Below, piece by piece: positions 52,052 to 64,000 of a stretch of 64,000 nucleotides of DNA. This stretch comes from Chrysomallon squamiferum. Taxonomy: Eukaryota; Animalia; Mollusca. The position numbers and the translations under genes were made by a program. The notes beneath the pieces are model-generated. The model ran no database searches. It saw nothing but the letters and a program-made list of their open reading frames with translations, and was not told the origin of the DNA. How positions within the stretch are numbered: the first letter of the stretch is position 1; the number at the start of each line of letters is the position of its first letter. The stretch covers positions 18,228,001 to 18,292,000 of the forward strand of contig CM022667.1 in NCBI GenBank assembly GCA_012295275.1, given 5' to 3'.

Positions 52052-55000
52052 TCTGTGATACCTTTCCTTTTAAAATCATTTCATTAATTTATTAACTCAT
52101 TGAAAAAAGAAAAAGAAGTAATAATAATTTATTGAATTTTATCTTCTTATTGCAAAATGTTGACTGTAAGAGGAAGGAGTTTTGGACTGCTGTTTGTAAA
52201 ATATTGAATTGTTAAAACATTCTCTTTTGGGTTTTTGGGGGCTTTTTTGTATTATTTTTTTAAATATAATAAGGAGTGATATTTTACATGTCTTGGTTGA
52301 CATCAACATAAAAATAATTTTTAATAGTGTTTTGATCATTTATTTATTATTTATTTACTGCTGGAATTAAATGAGATTTTAAAAAAGAAAAGAAAGTTTC
52401 TGTGACATACATTTTAATAAAACATAGAGGCATTCCAGTTAATTTTATCATTGGTGCTGTTTTATCCACAGCAATGATTAGTATTCCAACTTCTTTTTAA
52501 AAATACAAATTACAATTTTTTTTCTAATATGCAGTTTAATAAATTTTAAATAAAAGCATTTGGTATAAAATTGCTTTATTTTGTTATTTTAAAGTAGAAA
52601 GAAATGAACAAATGAGAAATTTCAGGCTAATTTGTTTTCCTTTAACTGAAATTCTGAGTACTCATGCTCACCTGTCAGTAGTTTAATAAAAAAAAATAAA
52701 AAAAAGTAAAGATCACTGTCCTTCTGCTTTATTTTACAACAAAATATTTGTTCTGACCAAGAAACAATTTCGTTACACTTAGTGACTTACCAAACCCTAA
52801 TAGAAACTCACACATACTGACAGTGAGGCAGACTCGACAATACCCCAGTAGTGCACATTTCACTGCCAGAAAACCAGAATGTTCAGGGCATTGGGGCTTC
52901 CTTTGAGTTATGACTATGAATGTCATTTGTGGGGATTTCCAGGAGTGTTACCGGAATCATTCATAGGGACTTGAAATTTTTTGCAAAGTGCAGATTCTTC
53001 AGATTCAGAGCCTGGCCAACAAGAACCAAGGCTATAAATTTTGCAAGAGTATCAGCAAATGGTTCAAGAACAAATTCCTTCTGCTCTTTGGCAGGTAGGT
53101 ATGTTAATAAGCAACACATTCAGTGAATAGAAGCCACCTGCTAGTGTGCAGTAGGACAGGCAGGATACTTTAAGGAGATGACAGGTATTGTTGCAAAGTA
53201 AAGGTCAAGAATTAAAAATAAATTAATACCTTTAGAAAATACAAGTTTTTAAGAAAGTAATTTTTTTTCTAGACCATCTTGTACATTAAGATTTGTTATA
53301 AGAGAATTCAAGTATATAAATTTATGTTCAGCTTGTCATTTTGTTACTAATTAAAATATGCCTGTGATCTTTGTAACTTATTAACTATTTTTAAAACAAC
53401 TTGCAGTACATTTGTCAAACAGTCTGCTTTAAAAGTGTACTATATGTGTGGCTATTTATAATTTTCTTGAAATTAGCTTTATGTAGTAATTCACAATTTT
53501 TGTAGTAATTCTATCAAGACTAAAAAATGTAATTATATTTCTGTTAATATAATACACTGTACAGCCTGTACCGTATGCACTTTTATTGTATTATTTTAGC
53601 ATACATATCAGTATTGGTTACTAAAATAAAGAGCAAACATCAAAATAAACATTTGTCTTTGGTATTCTAATTAGAAAAGTGAGATAATTCGATAATTTAA
53701 AAATATATATATATAGTATGGGGAAATCATAATCAGTGTGATGCATCATTACTAATCCTAGCTGTTAAGGATATAGATTTGAATAACAGATCAAAGTAAA
53801 TATAAATATATTAATAAAATAGATTTAAGTTTTATCAACTGCTTTTCCTGAGAAAATGATTAAATTTACAAATGAGAAACAAAGATATCAGTTATGAAAA
53901 TTATTTTATTAAGCTATCAAATTATATTAAACTTTTTCTTTAATGTAAAAATAAAAGAAAATAAATTAGAAATAAAAAGAACAGTTTACATCATACATGA
54001 AGCAGAACAGAATTTATTTGCAAACTTAAAAAAAAAAATCGCATTCAATGTACCAAAAAAAGAAAAGGTGAATGCATAATAACTGCTGGCTGTCACCAGT
54101 TATAACCTGACTGACAACTGTAAATAAAATGTCATATTTGTAAATATTAACAAACAGTACTGACAATAAAAGCAAAACAAAAAAGACTAAAGACACTTCT
54201 GGAATGAGACCTAAAGTTAATATTAACCAAAGTAATCATTACAAAAATAATAATTTAAATAAATGAGATTCTGTAAATACAACATTAACAATGATGTAGC
54301 AAGGCACAGTTTGCTTGATAAAAAGTAACAATAGTAAAAGTGACAAAAGAAATAAACAATGTAAAATTATACACAAAGGTGTGGTTTTTTCATTTTTGTC
54401 TTATTATTAGATTTATTTTTCAAGGTAGTTTCAAACTGAAATTAATTTTACTTTAACATAAAATGTCATGAGTTAATATATATTAAAACATGTAATTAAA
54501 ATTATTTTCAAATAAAATGTTCAGGTGAAAATACAAATAATTATTCCTTTAAGAAATAAGTAAAGCCTTTATAAAATTTCAAATATTTTCTTGAGAATTT
54601 AAAAAAAAAAAATGTTTGTAGAACACAAATTTATAAGTAATTTGATTTCATTTACAGATTAAATGTTTTATATGCAGTGCTTCTGAGGGTTTTTCACTGA
54701 TAAAAATAGTAATTTAAAAATGTATTTCTTATATTAGTTACAATTAGCAATGCAATGACAATTGTTAAGTAGAAGTAATTTCATTATTAATAAGAAGTAA
54801 TTATTAAATGATGTCTGCATCATAAAAACCACATCAGTTTTGAAATTCTTGAAATAAAAATCTTATATACTTTAATTTTAATTTTTAAAAGTAATCAGTA
54901 TTTATATATACATTCACTTTTTTCCACGTTTTTTGAACATCACCCCAGTGATTAACTGAATACTTCTAATAAGAATTAGAGATATGTTAACAAATTTAAA

Positions 55001-56854
55001 TTAATGATGTCTGCAGTTTTAACAATATTATTTGCATACACATTTAAGAACAAGTAAAAATGAAATGCAACAAACATCAAATTGTAAAATCTGAATGTGT
55101 GCATAGACAACAAAGAATTAGTATAATAATTGTGACTAGAAAAAAACAATTGAATAATAAAAATGTTAAAATATTTTACCTGTTATAAAAATGCCATTTT
55201 TTTAATGTAAAGGTTTTAACACTGTCACACAGTAACAATTTAAATGGTCAATTTTACATGTATAAACAATGTATTGATGCACTATTTATTAAACATGGAA
55301 TGTCCATTATTTCTCAGGCTAAATAAAATTATTGTACAAAGTACAAGGGAAAATAAAATAATTTAACGTAATAAAAAAAATCAATACAAAACTTGTGGTC
55401 TTCTTCTCTCCCTTGTTAACATATGAGAAAATAATTGTTGAAATATTTTGTATACTTGGCTTATATTTGCTGATTTTGTGTTAAAAAACATATTACACAT
55501 AATTGAATATTCATGACAACACGGCACAGAGAAACAGATTTAGTTTTACTTTGCTGATTCTAGATTAATATGTGTGTGTGGTTGTGTGTGTGTATATAGA
55601 CATATATAGATTCAAACACACTCACATACATACATACATATTCATACACATATATTTTAATGTTCCTGAAATGATTAATAAACTATTAACAACAGGATAT
55701 TACTGTTATAACTGTCTGGGATCAAGATGAAACTGAATGATTTTCTTTGTGCAATTATCATAATCTGTTATGTTAATGGTTATGATGTCTCAATGTAGTT
55801 CATGTGAATGTTAGAACTGGAGAATATTATATCAAATATTATAAAACTGAATTATGGACATAATGCAATAATTTCTTATAGAGTACAGAAATTTCTGAAC
55901 AAAATGTGTACTGTATATTGTCAAGAACTTCATTTGTTTAATACTGTAATTTAATAAAAGGAAGATGAAAGTACTTCCCTTAGGCCTAAAGATTTCTTAT
56001 TTGATGAACTAAATGTAGGCATAATATGTCAGACACTAATAGAATGAATAACGTTAAAACAAGAAAAACTATAATAAAAAAAAAAAAAAAAACATAAATA
56101 TATATGTTGATCTAATAAACAGGTTAAATTAATCACATAAATGTTCATGACAAATACATTAATCATTCTAAATATGTCTATTTTGTGACAGACCAAATAG
56201 TTAGCAATAACTTTTAAAAACCTATAGCTCATCTGCAAAAAGTCAAATCGGTGTTAAAAGATATAAATTTATGCCAATTAGCAGCGACATTAAATACAGC
56301 ATGTATAATTTTTTTAATAATAATTTACTACTTTTAAAAAATATAAAAATGCTTTTAATTACAGATGTTGTTTTCAAAAGCAGTTTATTTAAAAAAAATT
56401 AAAAACTTTTGCCAAATTTAAGATTATTCTTGTCTAAAATTAATGAAAGAAAAAAGAAAACTTGAAAAATCTTATTCTTGAATAATAATAATGATAAGAA
56501 GAATAACATTAACAAAACAATAAAAAAAAAATGTATATATATATATTTTAAGTGTATGTTTGAATTGAATGAGACATCATACTTAACTTATTTCATCTTT
56601 AGCAGTCAATAAATATTTTATAAAACAAAATTTTAAAAAGCCATCAAAATAATAAAAACTAATTATTATAAAATTCATTCATTTAAGATTTATAATCAGT
56701 TTTGAATGAAATTAAATATTTTCTGTGTCCATTTGAAATTATTAAAACAAAATAATCACAAATGTAAAATTAAACAAATATGTGGCCTGGTTATAAAATT
56801 GGGAATTTAAAAGAGATTAAACTTATTATGTTTTGCTCTATGTGATTAAGAAGA

Positions 56855-59800
56855 TCACTCATTTTTTGACATTGAACATTCACCATTTGCTTCTTCTAGG
56901 TTGCCATTCTGCTCAACCAGATCTTGGTAGGTAATGAAAAGTTTTGCATACTCAGGCTTTTCCGAAGCATACTTGATAAATTCGTCTGTGGGGAAAAAAA
57001 ATTAATGAAATTTTTATTTAACCAAAGTTGGAAAATATATTGACCACAAAGCTTTTAAACAATGGACCTCTTTCTTTCTATCCAACATTTGTTAACATAT
57101 TTGATTTATAGTTCAGTTAAAACTAACACAATGTGTCTTTCTTAATTTTAAAATAATTTATTTCAACTGGATTTTAAATCTGAAAATAAATGGAAAACAA
57201 ATACCATATGATATTTTCCCATCTTTGTTGGCATCCACTTCTTCAAATAGGAGGTGAATGTCATCAAAATCCATTTTGAAAGCATTATGCAGAATGCTGG
57301 CAAAGTCTTCCTCACAGATGTAGTCGTTATCCTTTTGAAACATCTTAAAATACCAAAAAGAGCTAAAATAAGACATATTTCATTCAGTGAAAAGAAAAAG
57401 AGTTACATCTGATTATATAGTATCAATAAAAAGGTATCCGAATGAGTGCATGAAATGTTTTGTCTAACAAAAATAAATGAATCAAAAACATTTCTAAACA
57501 CATACATTCAAATAATAAACACTCTTAATATAAAATTCAAAAAAAAAAAAGGTAGGTGCAGACAGCACAGTTATCAAGATAAATTGCTGTTGAATATGAT
57601 GTCTGTTTTATCATGTCATATAATAATATACTATAAGATCCACATCAGAATTTTACGTTTCCAGTAACTAGAAATGACAAAAAACCAATTAGTAAAATAT
57701 TTACCTGAAATGCTAACTTAAGAGTCTCTTCAGTGTTAGCGGGATTTGAGATAAGCGAAAGACCGATTACATATTCACGGAAATCTATGGTGCCTGAGTG
57801 ATCCTGAAATAATTTGATTAATCAAACTGAGTTTGAAACATTATCTCACCAATATGATTTTTTGAAAAATTAATTATTTTTATTTAATTAGCTATATGTT
57901 GTTTTCTTTTAAGTATAGAAGTTCTGAATGTAATACAATTTTATTAAAATAAAAAATAACGAATAAACAAAAATTAAAAATTCCTCATTCTTTATATTGG
58001 ATCTTTCAACATTAAACAATAATTTAACTAACTCTGTCATAGAGTGTGAAAATTTCTTCCAAGGCTCTGGACAAAGGTAAATGTAAGTAGCCTGCAAACT
58101 CTTTCAGTGTCATATCTTTGTTTCCAGTGATCTTACAGAACCTCTCGAGGTACCGATTCATCTGATCATAGCTCACACTGCAATTAAAAAAACGAGACAT
58201 GAGGCCCCACAAATAATCTGTATTGGCTATATACAAACCATACAGTACTACTTGGAGGTCTGAAGGTCTGCTCTTTCACACAATACATTTTTAAAATAAA
58301 AATCAATTTTCTGCATTTTTCTCAAATAAAGCATAACAATCTGTTATAGAAGATAGTCTCTTCTGTTTCCCATTCTAGTGTGTAATATTAATGCAAGTGC
58401 AGGTATAATTTAAAAAAAAAAAAAAAAAAAACAGAAGAAAGACCTTAATAAAAACACAAGGATTTCAAATAATCTAAAAATATAACGAAAAATAAAAGAA
58501 AGACCTCAATAAGAATAATCAGCTTTCTTTATTTTCACGTTGTCTTTAAAGTATAAAGCTTACTGTAAGGCATACCCAAGTTTTTTATGAAGCTTCTGAA
58601 ATTCAACAATTCCTGCTTCCATAGGCATTTGAAGTTTGGCAGCTCCCATCATCAATCTGCAGTCATCATAAGTATGGTCAGTTGTTGGGCATTTCAAACA
58701 TCTAAAATTAAATTTCAAAATAAACACTTTAGCAAAAATAATGCTTCAATATAGATATATGTATTTGTAAGAATAAATAATGGTGTCTCACATTCTGAAC
58801 AAAGCTGTTCTAAATATTTATTACTATATAAAAAGTGTGTGACTTTTTTTTTTTTTTTACTTACAGCGCCATTTGTTTCCTCACATTATTTGCAAAAATT
58901 TTTGCATTCTTCTTTTCTTGTTCATTTGGAACATATACAGGCAAAAACTGGAGATAAAAATAAATAATAGGAATTAATAATATCAGAGATAAATTTTTAT
59001 TATTCTAATTTCTTTTTTGGATGGGTTATTTCAAAACGTAATTTAGAACAGATTAATGAATCTATGCTCTTTCAAGACAAAAAGAAAGAAACAATTGATT
59101 TATTAAGGAGAAATAATACAGTATTATTTATAGCACAAATCCAAATTTTTGACAGTATAAAATGTCAGATAGGTAAATAAACCAACTGATAACTGTTGGT
59201 GATTTTAAAAAATGTTTATATATGAATTGATTTTCCATACAAAATGTGTAAGTATTAAGAATAAGAAATTGGAGTAACACTCACTTCTATTTCCATATTG
59301 TTATGTAATTGGCACAAAGTCAGCCACAAGCAGGTAAACCTATCATTAAGAAAAATATATGTCTGAAAATTAATATTTTATTAATATTAACGAATGGCAT
59401 GAAACTATAAGGATAAATTTATTTTAAAGAGTTTCTTTCATACATGAAGCAACAAAATTAAAATTACTTACGCACTTGGTCCATCCCATGTCCATGTTAT
59501 AGTGTCCTGCAAAAAAAAAAAAGTTTGTTTCAGGTTTTGGACCTAATGGATCTATGTTTAGGTAATATCATGGGTTAACATAAAAAAATTACCAGTTATA
59601 GCCATTTCTTTAAACTAATATGGACCAGAAGGACAAACCTATCTTGAAAAATATTTTGAATGAAATGAAATTTCATGTAAAGACTGTAATTTATTTTAAA
59701 AAAAAATAAAAAAAAAATAAAGAGTAAAACAAATAAGATAAGAAAAAAAACAAAAAAACAAAAATAAAATAAAATGTGCAAAAAAACAAAGATGTGTTAC

Positions 59801-61960
59801 CAAATTTAGGAAAGACTAACAATACTAACTGGTTTATTTGAATAGCGTAAACACACTGGCTGTACAGGGACACCAGGATAAAAAGCACCTGTTGAAAGAG
59901 AAAATTAAATTTAAATTAAGTAACTGTTCACAGAATTATATTTGTTTAAAGAAATGTCATGCCCATACATGTAGCAGACTCAAACACCCATATGCAAAAT
60001 ATGTATTCAGGATTATTTTTACAGAATTTTTTGTTATTAACATTTTGTTTTAATCTGAAATATATAAATTTGTCCATCTGCCTGTGTCTGTGTTTACAGA
60101 ACTATTTTCATGTCACAAAATTTAAAATTATTTAGTATTGTCTGAGTTACCTGGCTTATATGTTATCAAACAGGATCTGTTTGTACAAGTGCCTTCAGGA
60201 AAGATAAATATCTGAGGCCATTCTCCATCAGCATGGCTTCTTCTTTGTATTTCTTGAATTGTTTTGGCTCTTGAATTTGGGTCCTCCCGTCTTACTAAAA
60301 CTGGCTGAGTAAATTCAACTAGTGCTAAAAGAAATTATCAATAATTATTATACTTCTGTTCAGAAAGATATAAACTAGACAGATAAAATGCATTAAAAAT
60401 GATAATAACATTTGTGAATTGTAAAAAGTTTTCAATAAAATTAAAATGTAAAATACATTCATATCTTTTATATCTTTTAAAAGCAGCAAATTAATTATTA
60501 AAGTGCACACTAAATTTAAGAAATTAAGAGGTGATCATTTTTTCTTAACATATTAATGAAGTTGTAATTGATGTTACTGGGGATGGGATGGTCAAAAGTT
60601 TTCCTTTCCAGTTTCAACTTACAGTGGTTTCATATGCCTAAGCAAATTAGTACTTGTAACACAGATTCCCAATAATATGTTAAAATCCTTGATTACATTT
60701 TTTTATTCTAAGACGATGTATTGGTATCACAACTTGCATTTAAATAATTTTTGTTCTACCTGTCATAAGTAATAAAAATTTATATATTTATATGAAAAAA
60801 CACAATAACTGATGAATATATTAAAAGGTAGCCTTAAAAACAAAACAAAACAAAGAAATACACAAGAAACAACAACTAAAAAAAGAAATAAACAGGTCTT
60901 ATTTTTATAATTCATCCAAAAAACCTTTGATTTCTTAAAATGAAGTAATTTGAATAAATATGGCTACTTTTTTAAATAAATTATTTCTAATCTATGAACC
61001 AATACAGGTTATTCATTATATTTAAATATTTTCTAGAAAAAAGAAAAAGAAAAAAATGAAATATATATATATATATTTTTTTTTTTCCAATAATAATTAA
61101 AACAAATTTAATGTATCAGAAGATACTGAAAATATTTCCATAATTAATTCAACAGGTTAAAATAAAATTAAAATACTAGAAGAAGGACAACATTTTGCAG
61201 TGATAATAAAACTACATTGTATTACTGTGATTAAGTATAGAAATATTACTATGAATTAAAAAGCAAAGCAAATCAGGTTAGCAAAACAAACTATTAAAAT
61301 TGTAAACAGCCTCAAAAACACATCACTTTCAGGAAGAAAAAGTATATATACACCAGATGAGAGTTATTACTAAATTGTTGATAGAAAGCAATAATAATAA
61401 AAATACCAGATTAGAATCCGTGTTAATAAATTATGTAGAGAAAACAAAAATAATGACGAGACAATAAATATAATAAAAACAATACTACTGCACAAAATGC
61501 AGTTTCAAAGACACATAATATATCATAAAATAACTGCTGATGGCTTCCATATACACATTTATTAATAATATGGGGTTTATTGGCATTAATTAATACCACT
61601 GAAAAAACTGTTTAGTGAATCCAAAACTTATTCATAAGAATGTGAAAAAAAACAACCATCATGAATACAGAAATAATGTTCTAGTAACATTTTTGAGGCT
61701 GTTTTATGTTAATATATAAGCATGGTGTGCACAACATACTTCCAAACAAGGGCACTGATGCAAGTTCCACCTTGGCAAGCACAGTTCCTAAAGTACTGCC
61801 TGCAAAGATGACGAGCATATCAAAAAAGCTTGAATGTGGTGCCACACACAGGATAGATACTTCTGAAGCAGGAGCCATTTTCCCCAAAATTCGGATTTTG
61901 TAAAATCCAAACACAAATGTGACACATTTTCCCCAAAAGTACAGCATTCGTCCCAACAAC
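56855..61960 (-). CDS. LPCAT2: Lysophosphatidylcholine acyltransferase LPCAT1/2-type with EF-hands; 11 3' exons, 5' exons outside the window
   Basis: Minus-strand exons: 61740-61960, 60151-60324, 59830-59888, 59472-59506, 59285-59339, 58865-58947, 58576-58701, 58033-58177, 57705-57803, 57205-57343, 56855-56985. Acyltransferase motifs APHSSFFD, WPQIFIFPEGTCTNR, GAFYPGVPVQP, DTITWTW; EF-hands DRDHSGTIDFRE and DANKDGKISYDE. Likely co-orthologous to vertebrate LPCAT1 and LPCAT2. Confidence 0.9.
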
Positions 61961-62615
61961 CTAGCAAAGTAAGAGAGGTTACTTACAAATGGAATAGTGG
62001 GCAAAGGCATAGTTATTATTTTATTACTTCACTCATTTTAAATTATAGCTCCTGGGAAGAATTTATTTGTTTACTTTAATCTTCTACAAGGAATATTTTT
62101 ATAATTTAGAATATCAGATATCCTGTCTTTAATAATATTAAAATAAACTGCATATGCCCTTTGCTTCATTGCAAAAGGTAATTTAAATTAACATATTTAC
62201 AATTTTTAAAATTTTTAATTTAAAAAAAGAAAACTTAATCTTCAAAATAAGGATACTGAGAATGAACCGAGAAATTTTAATTGCTACAGTCTGCAATTTC
62301 AATTCTCCAAGCTATTTATTATCCAATATTTTGGGGGGTAAAATGTTTGCATAACAAATTTATTAATGAAGTACCTTTTTTCGATGAAATGTATAATATT
62401 GTAGACTGGTGTTTTCTAATGGTTTATTTAATTTAATTTTTTTTTTTTTTTACCTTTATGAACATTGATTCATATGACATTCAAAAATAAATAAATAAAT
62501 AAAAAAAATAAAATAAAAAATGTTTTTCAACTATTTTTGTATTCCTTGAAGTAACAGATGGCACCATATGATATAACTAAATAATGTATATGTATATATA
62601 TATATATATATAAAT

Positions 62616-63263
62616 GGGTCATTCTGTGTCAAATCGCCCAATGGGTTAAACCCGACCATCTCCGATTTTTATGAAACTTGGTATACCTGTTAACTGCGAT
62701 CACACAGCACCAAATCTGCACTGATCGGACCAGTGGTGTGGGAGATATGGCCTCCCAAATTTTGAGATTTTTGGCAAAAATGGGCATGACCACCAACCTT
62801 TGAACCCTCATATCACAGGAACTACTGGGCCAATCTACATAAAATTGGTATTGTTGAAAAGGCAATGTGACAAGGATTCCAAATCTGCCATAATTGTTCA
62901 GTTTGGAAAATTTGGGGGTCTTTTGACTTTTTGACCTTTGTTATGACCTTGAAATTGACACAGTGGATCACATGACCTTGAGATGACCTTTATTGAAACT
63001 TAATCTCCCACATGTTAACTAAAACATATAAAGATTTCCTGGGTGTAATATTTTTTGTTTCAAAGGTTGGTGGTCATGCCCATTTTTGCCAAAACTCTCA
63101 AAATTTGGGGGGCCATATCTCCCACACCACTGGTCTGATTGGTCTAAAATTTCAGATTTGCTGTGGGAATCTAGTCAACAAGTATACCAAGTTTCATAAA
63201 AATCTGAGACAGTTGGGGGTAATTTTTTTTTTTTGGGGGGGTTGATTTGACATGGAATGACCC
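62616..63263 (+). mobile_element. 648-bp MITE derived from the same Sola2-like family, in an LPCAT intron
   Basis: Termini gggtcattctgtgtcaaatc ... gatttgacatggaatgaccc; flanks aaat/atat within (TA)n. About 445 bp of one TIR fused to about 200 bp of the other; orientation opposite to the 32262-35405 copy. Confidence 0.88.
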
Positions 63264-64000
63264 ATATATATATATTCTTTGACTAGACAATTTTATTAAT
63301 TGATTCTTACTGATACATGATGAAAACTAAAAAGAAATTGTCAGGTAAGTCACTAATGTTAGTGTTTGGGATTAAAAAATCATATACATAATATTATAAT
63401 GTTATTTATGTTTTCCTAATTGATTTAAAATGTACATTCTACAAAACTGAAGTAATAATGGTTAGAACAGTCAGGAGTTTAATAAGATGAAAAAAAACAA
63501 GAAAAAGCATTAGTTAAATCTGTGACTAAACCACTGAGTGATGATCATGTGTAAAAGCTATAAATTTAATTTAGTTTATTTTTTTACCAAAATAAAAATA
63601 TTGAACACTTTGTGTTCTATAATGACATATAGAGAAATACTTATTGTGATTAACATTCAACTTAATAACTCTAACAGAAATCCATAACAAGCAAGCAAAT
63701 CAGTGTTATTATATATTATAACCTAATCATTTATGAATCCACAAATCCAGTGACTAAAGACACAGTGATCATGACTCTAACTATTAGCATTTATACTGTT
63801 GACACTAAAGTTTCATGGTTCATTAACAATACCAGTATCAAAAATGTATTGGTTGTTACTAACATCAAAAAAAAAATATAGTAAACCAATGGACAACAAT
63901 TTTTATAATTTATTGCTTAAAGCATATGTTTTTGAGTGAAGGTACACACATACACATGAACACACACAAACATGCACCAAACGAAATGTTATGGATAAAA

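Noticed and set aside
59593-59660. Possible mutually exclusive LPCAT exon (acceptor resembling that at 59340, donor ctg|gtaatt)
   Set aside because: All frames reach stops before the donor and there is no similarity to the DTITWTW exon.

Overview
AT-rich, intron-containing animal genomic DNA (probably an invertebrate; the taxon cannot be fixed from sequence alone). Six loci alternate strictly in strand: a complete 17-exon PDPR-like flavoprotein (+, 2668-13485); a complete 10-exon LRP12/LRP10/LRP3-type CUB-LDLa receptor (-, 18840-26625); a decayed intron-containing C2H2 zinc-finger pseudogene (+, ~29.4-36.6 kb) split by a 3.1-kb long-TIR Sola2-like transposon; a complete 20-exon BOP1 (-, 37077-45600); a complete 7-exon CDYL (+, 47025-52051); and the last 11 exons of an EF-hand LPCAT1/2 (-, 56855-61960). 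Exon models were read by hand, and the four complete models sum to multiples of three. Other mobile DNA: a Mutator-like non-autonomous element, two Tigger/pogo MITEs and a Sola2-derived MITE. The most unusual structure is a 1.15-kb minisatellite in PDPR intron 14. Its 50-bp unit is the intron's own 3' splice site plus the first 18 nt of the next exon, repeated 22 times ahead of the true exon. 14 of the 22 decoy acceptors read GG instead of AG, only the true acceptor is preceded by a branch-point consensus, and the 8 decoys that keep AG are each followed by a GTTAGT donor that would frame an in-frame 6-codon microexon. The truncated transposase of the Sola2-like element resembles the N-terminal Cys/His domain of the host protein ARL14EP, and the PDPR-like protein keeps the flavinylation histidine that mammalian PDPR lacks.
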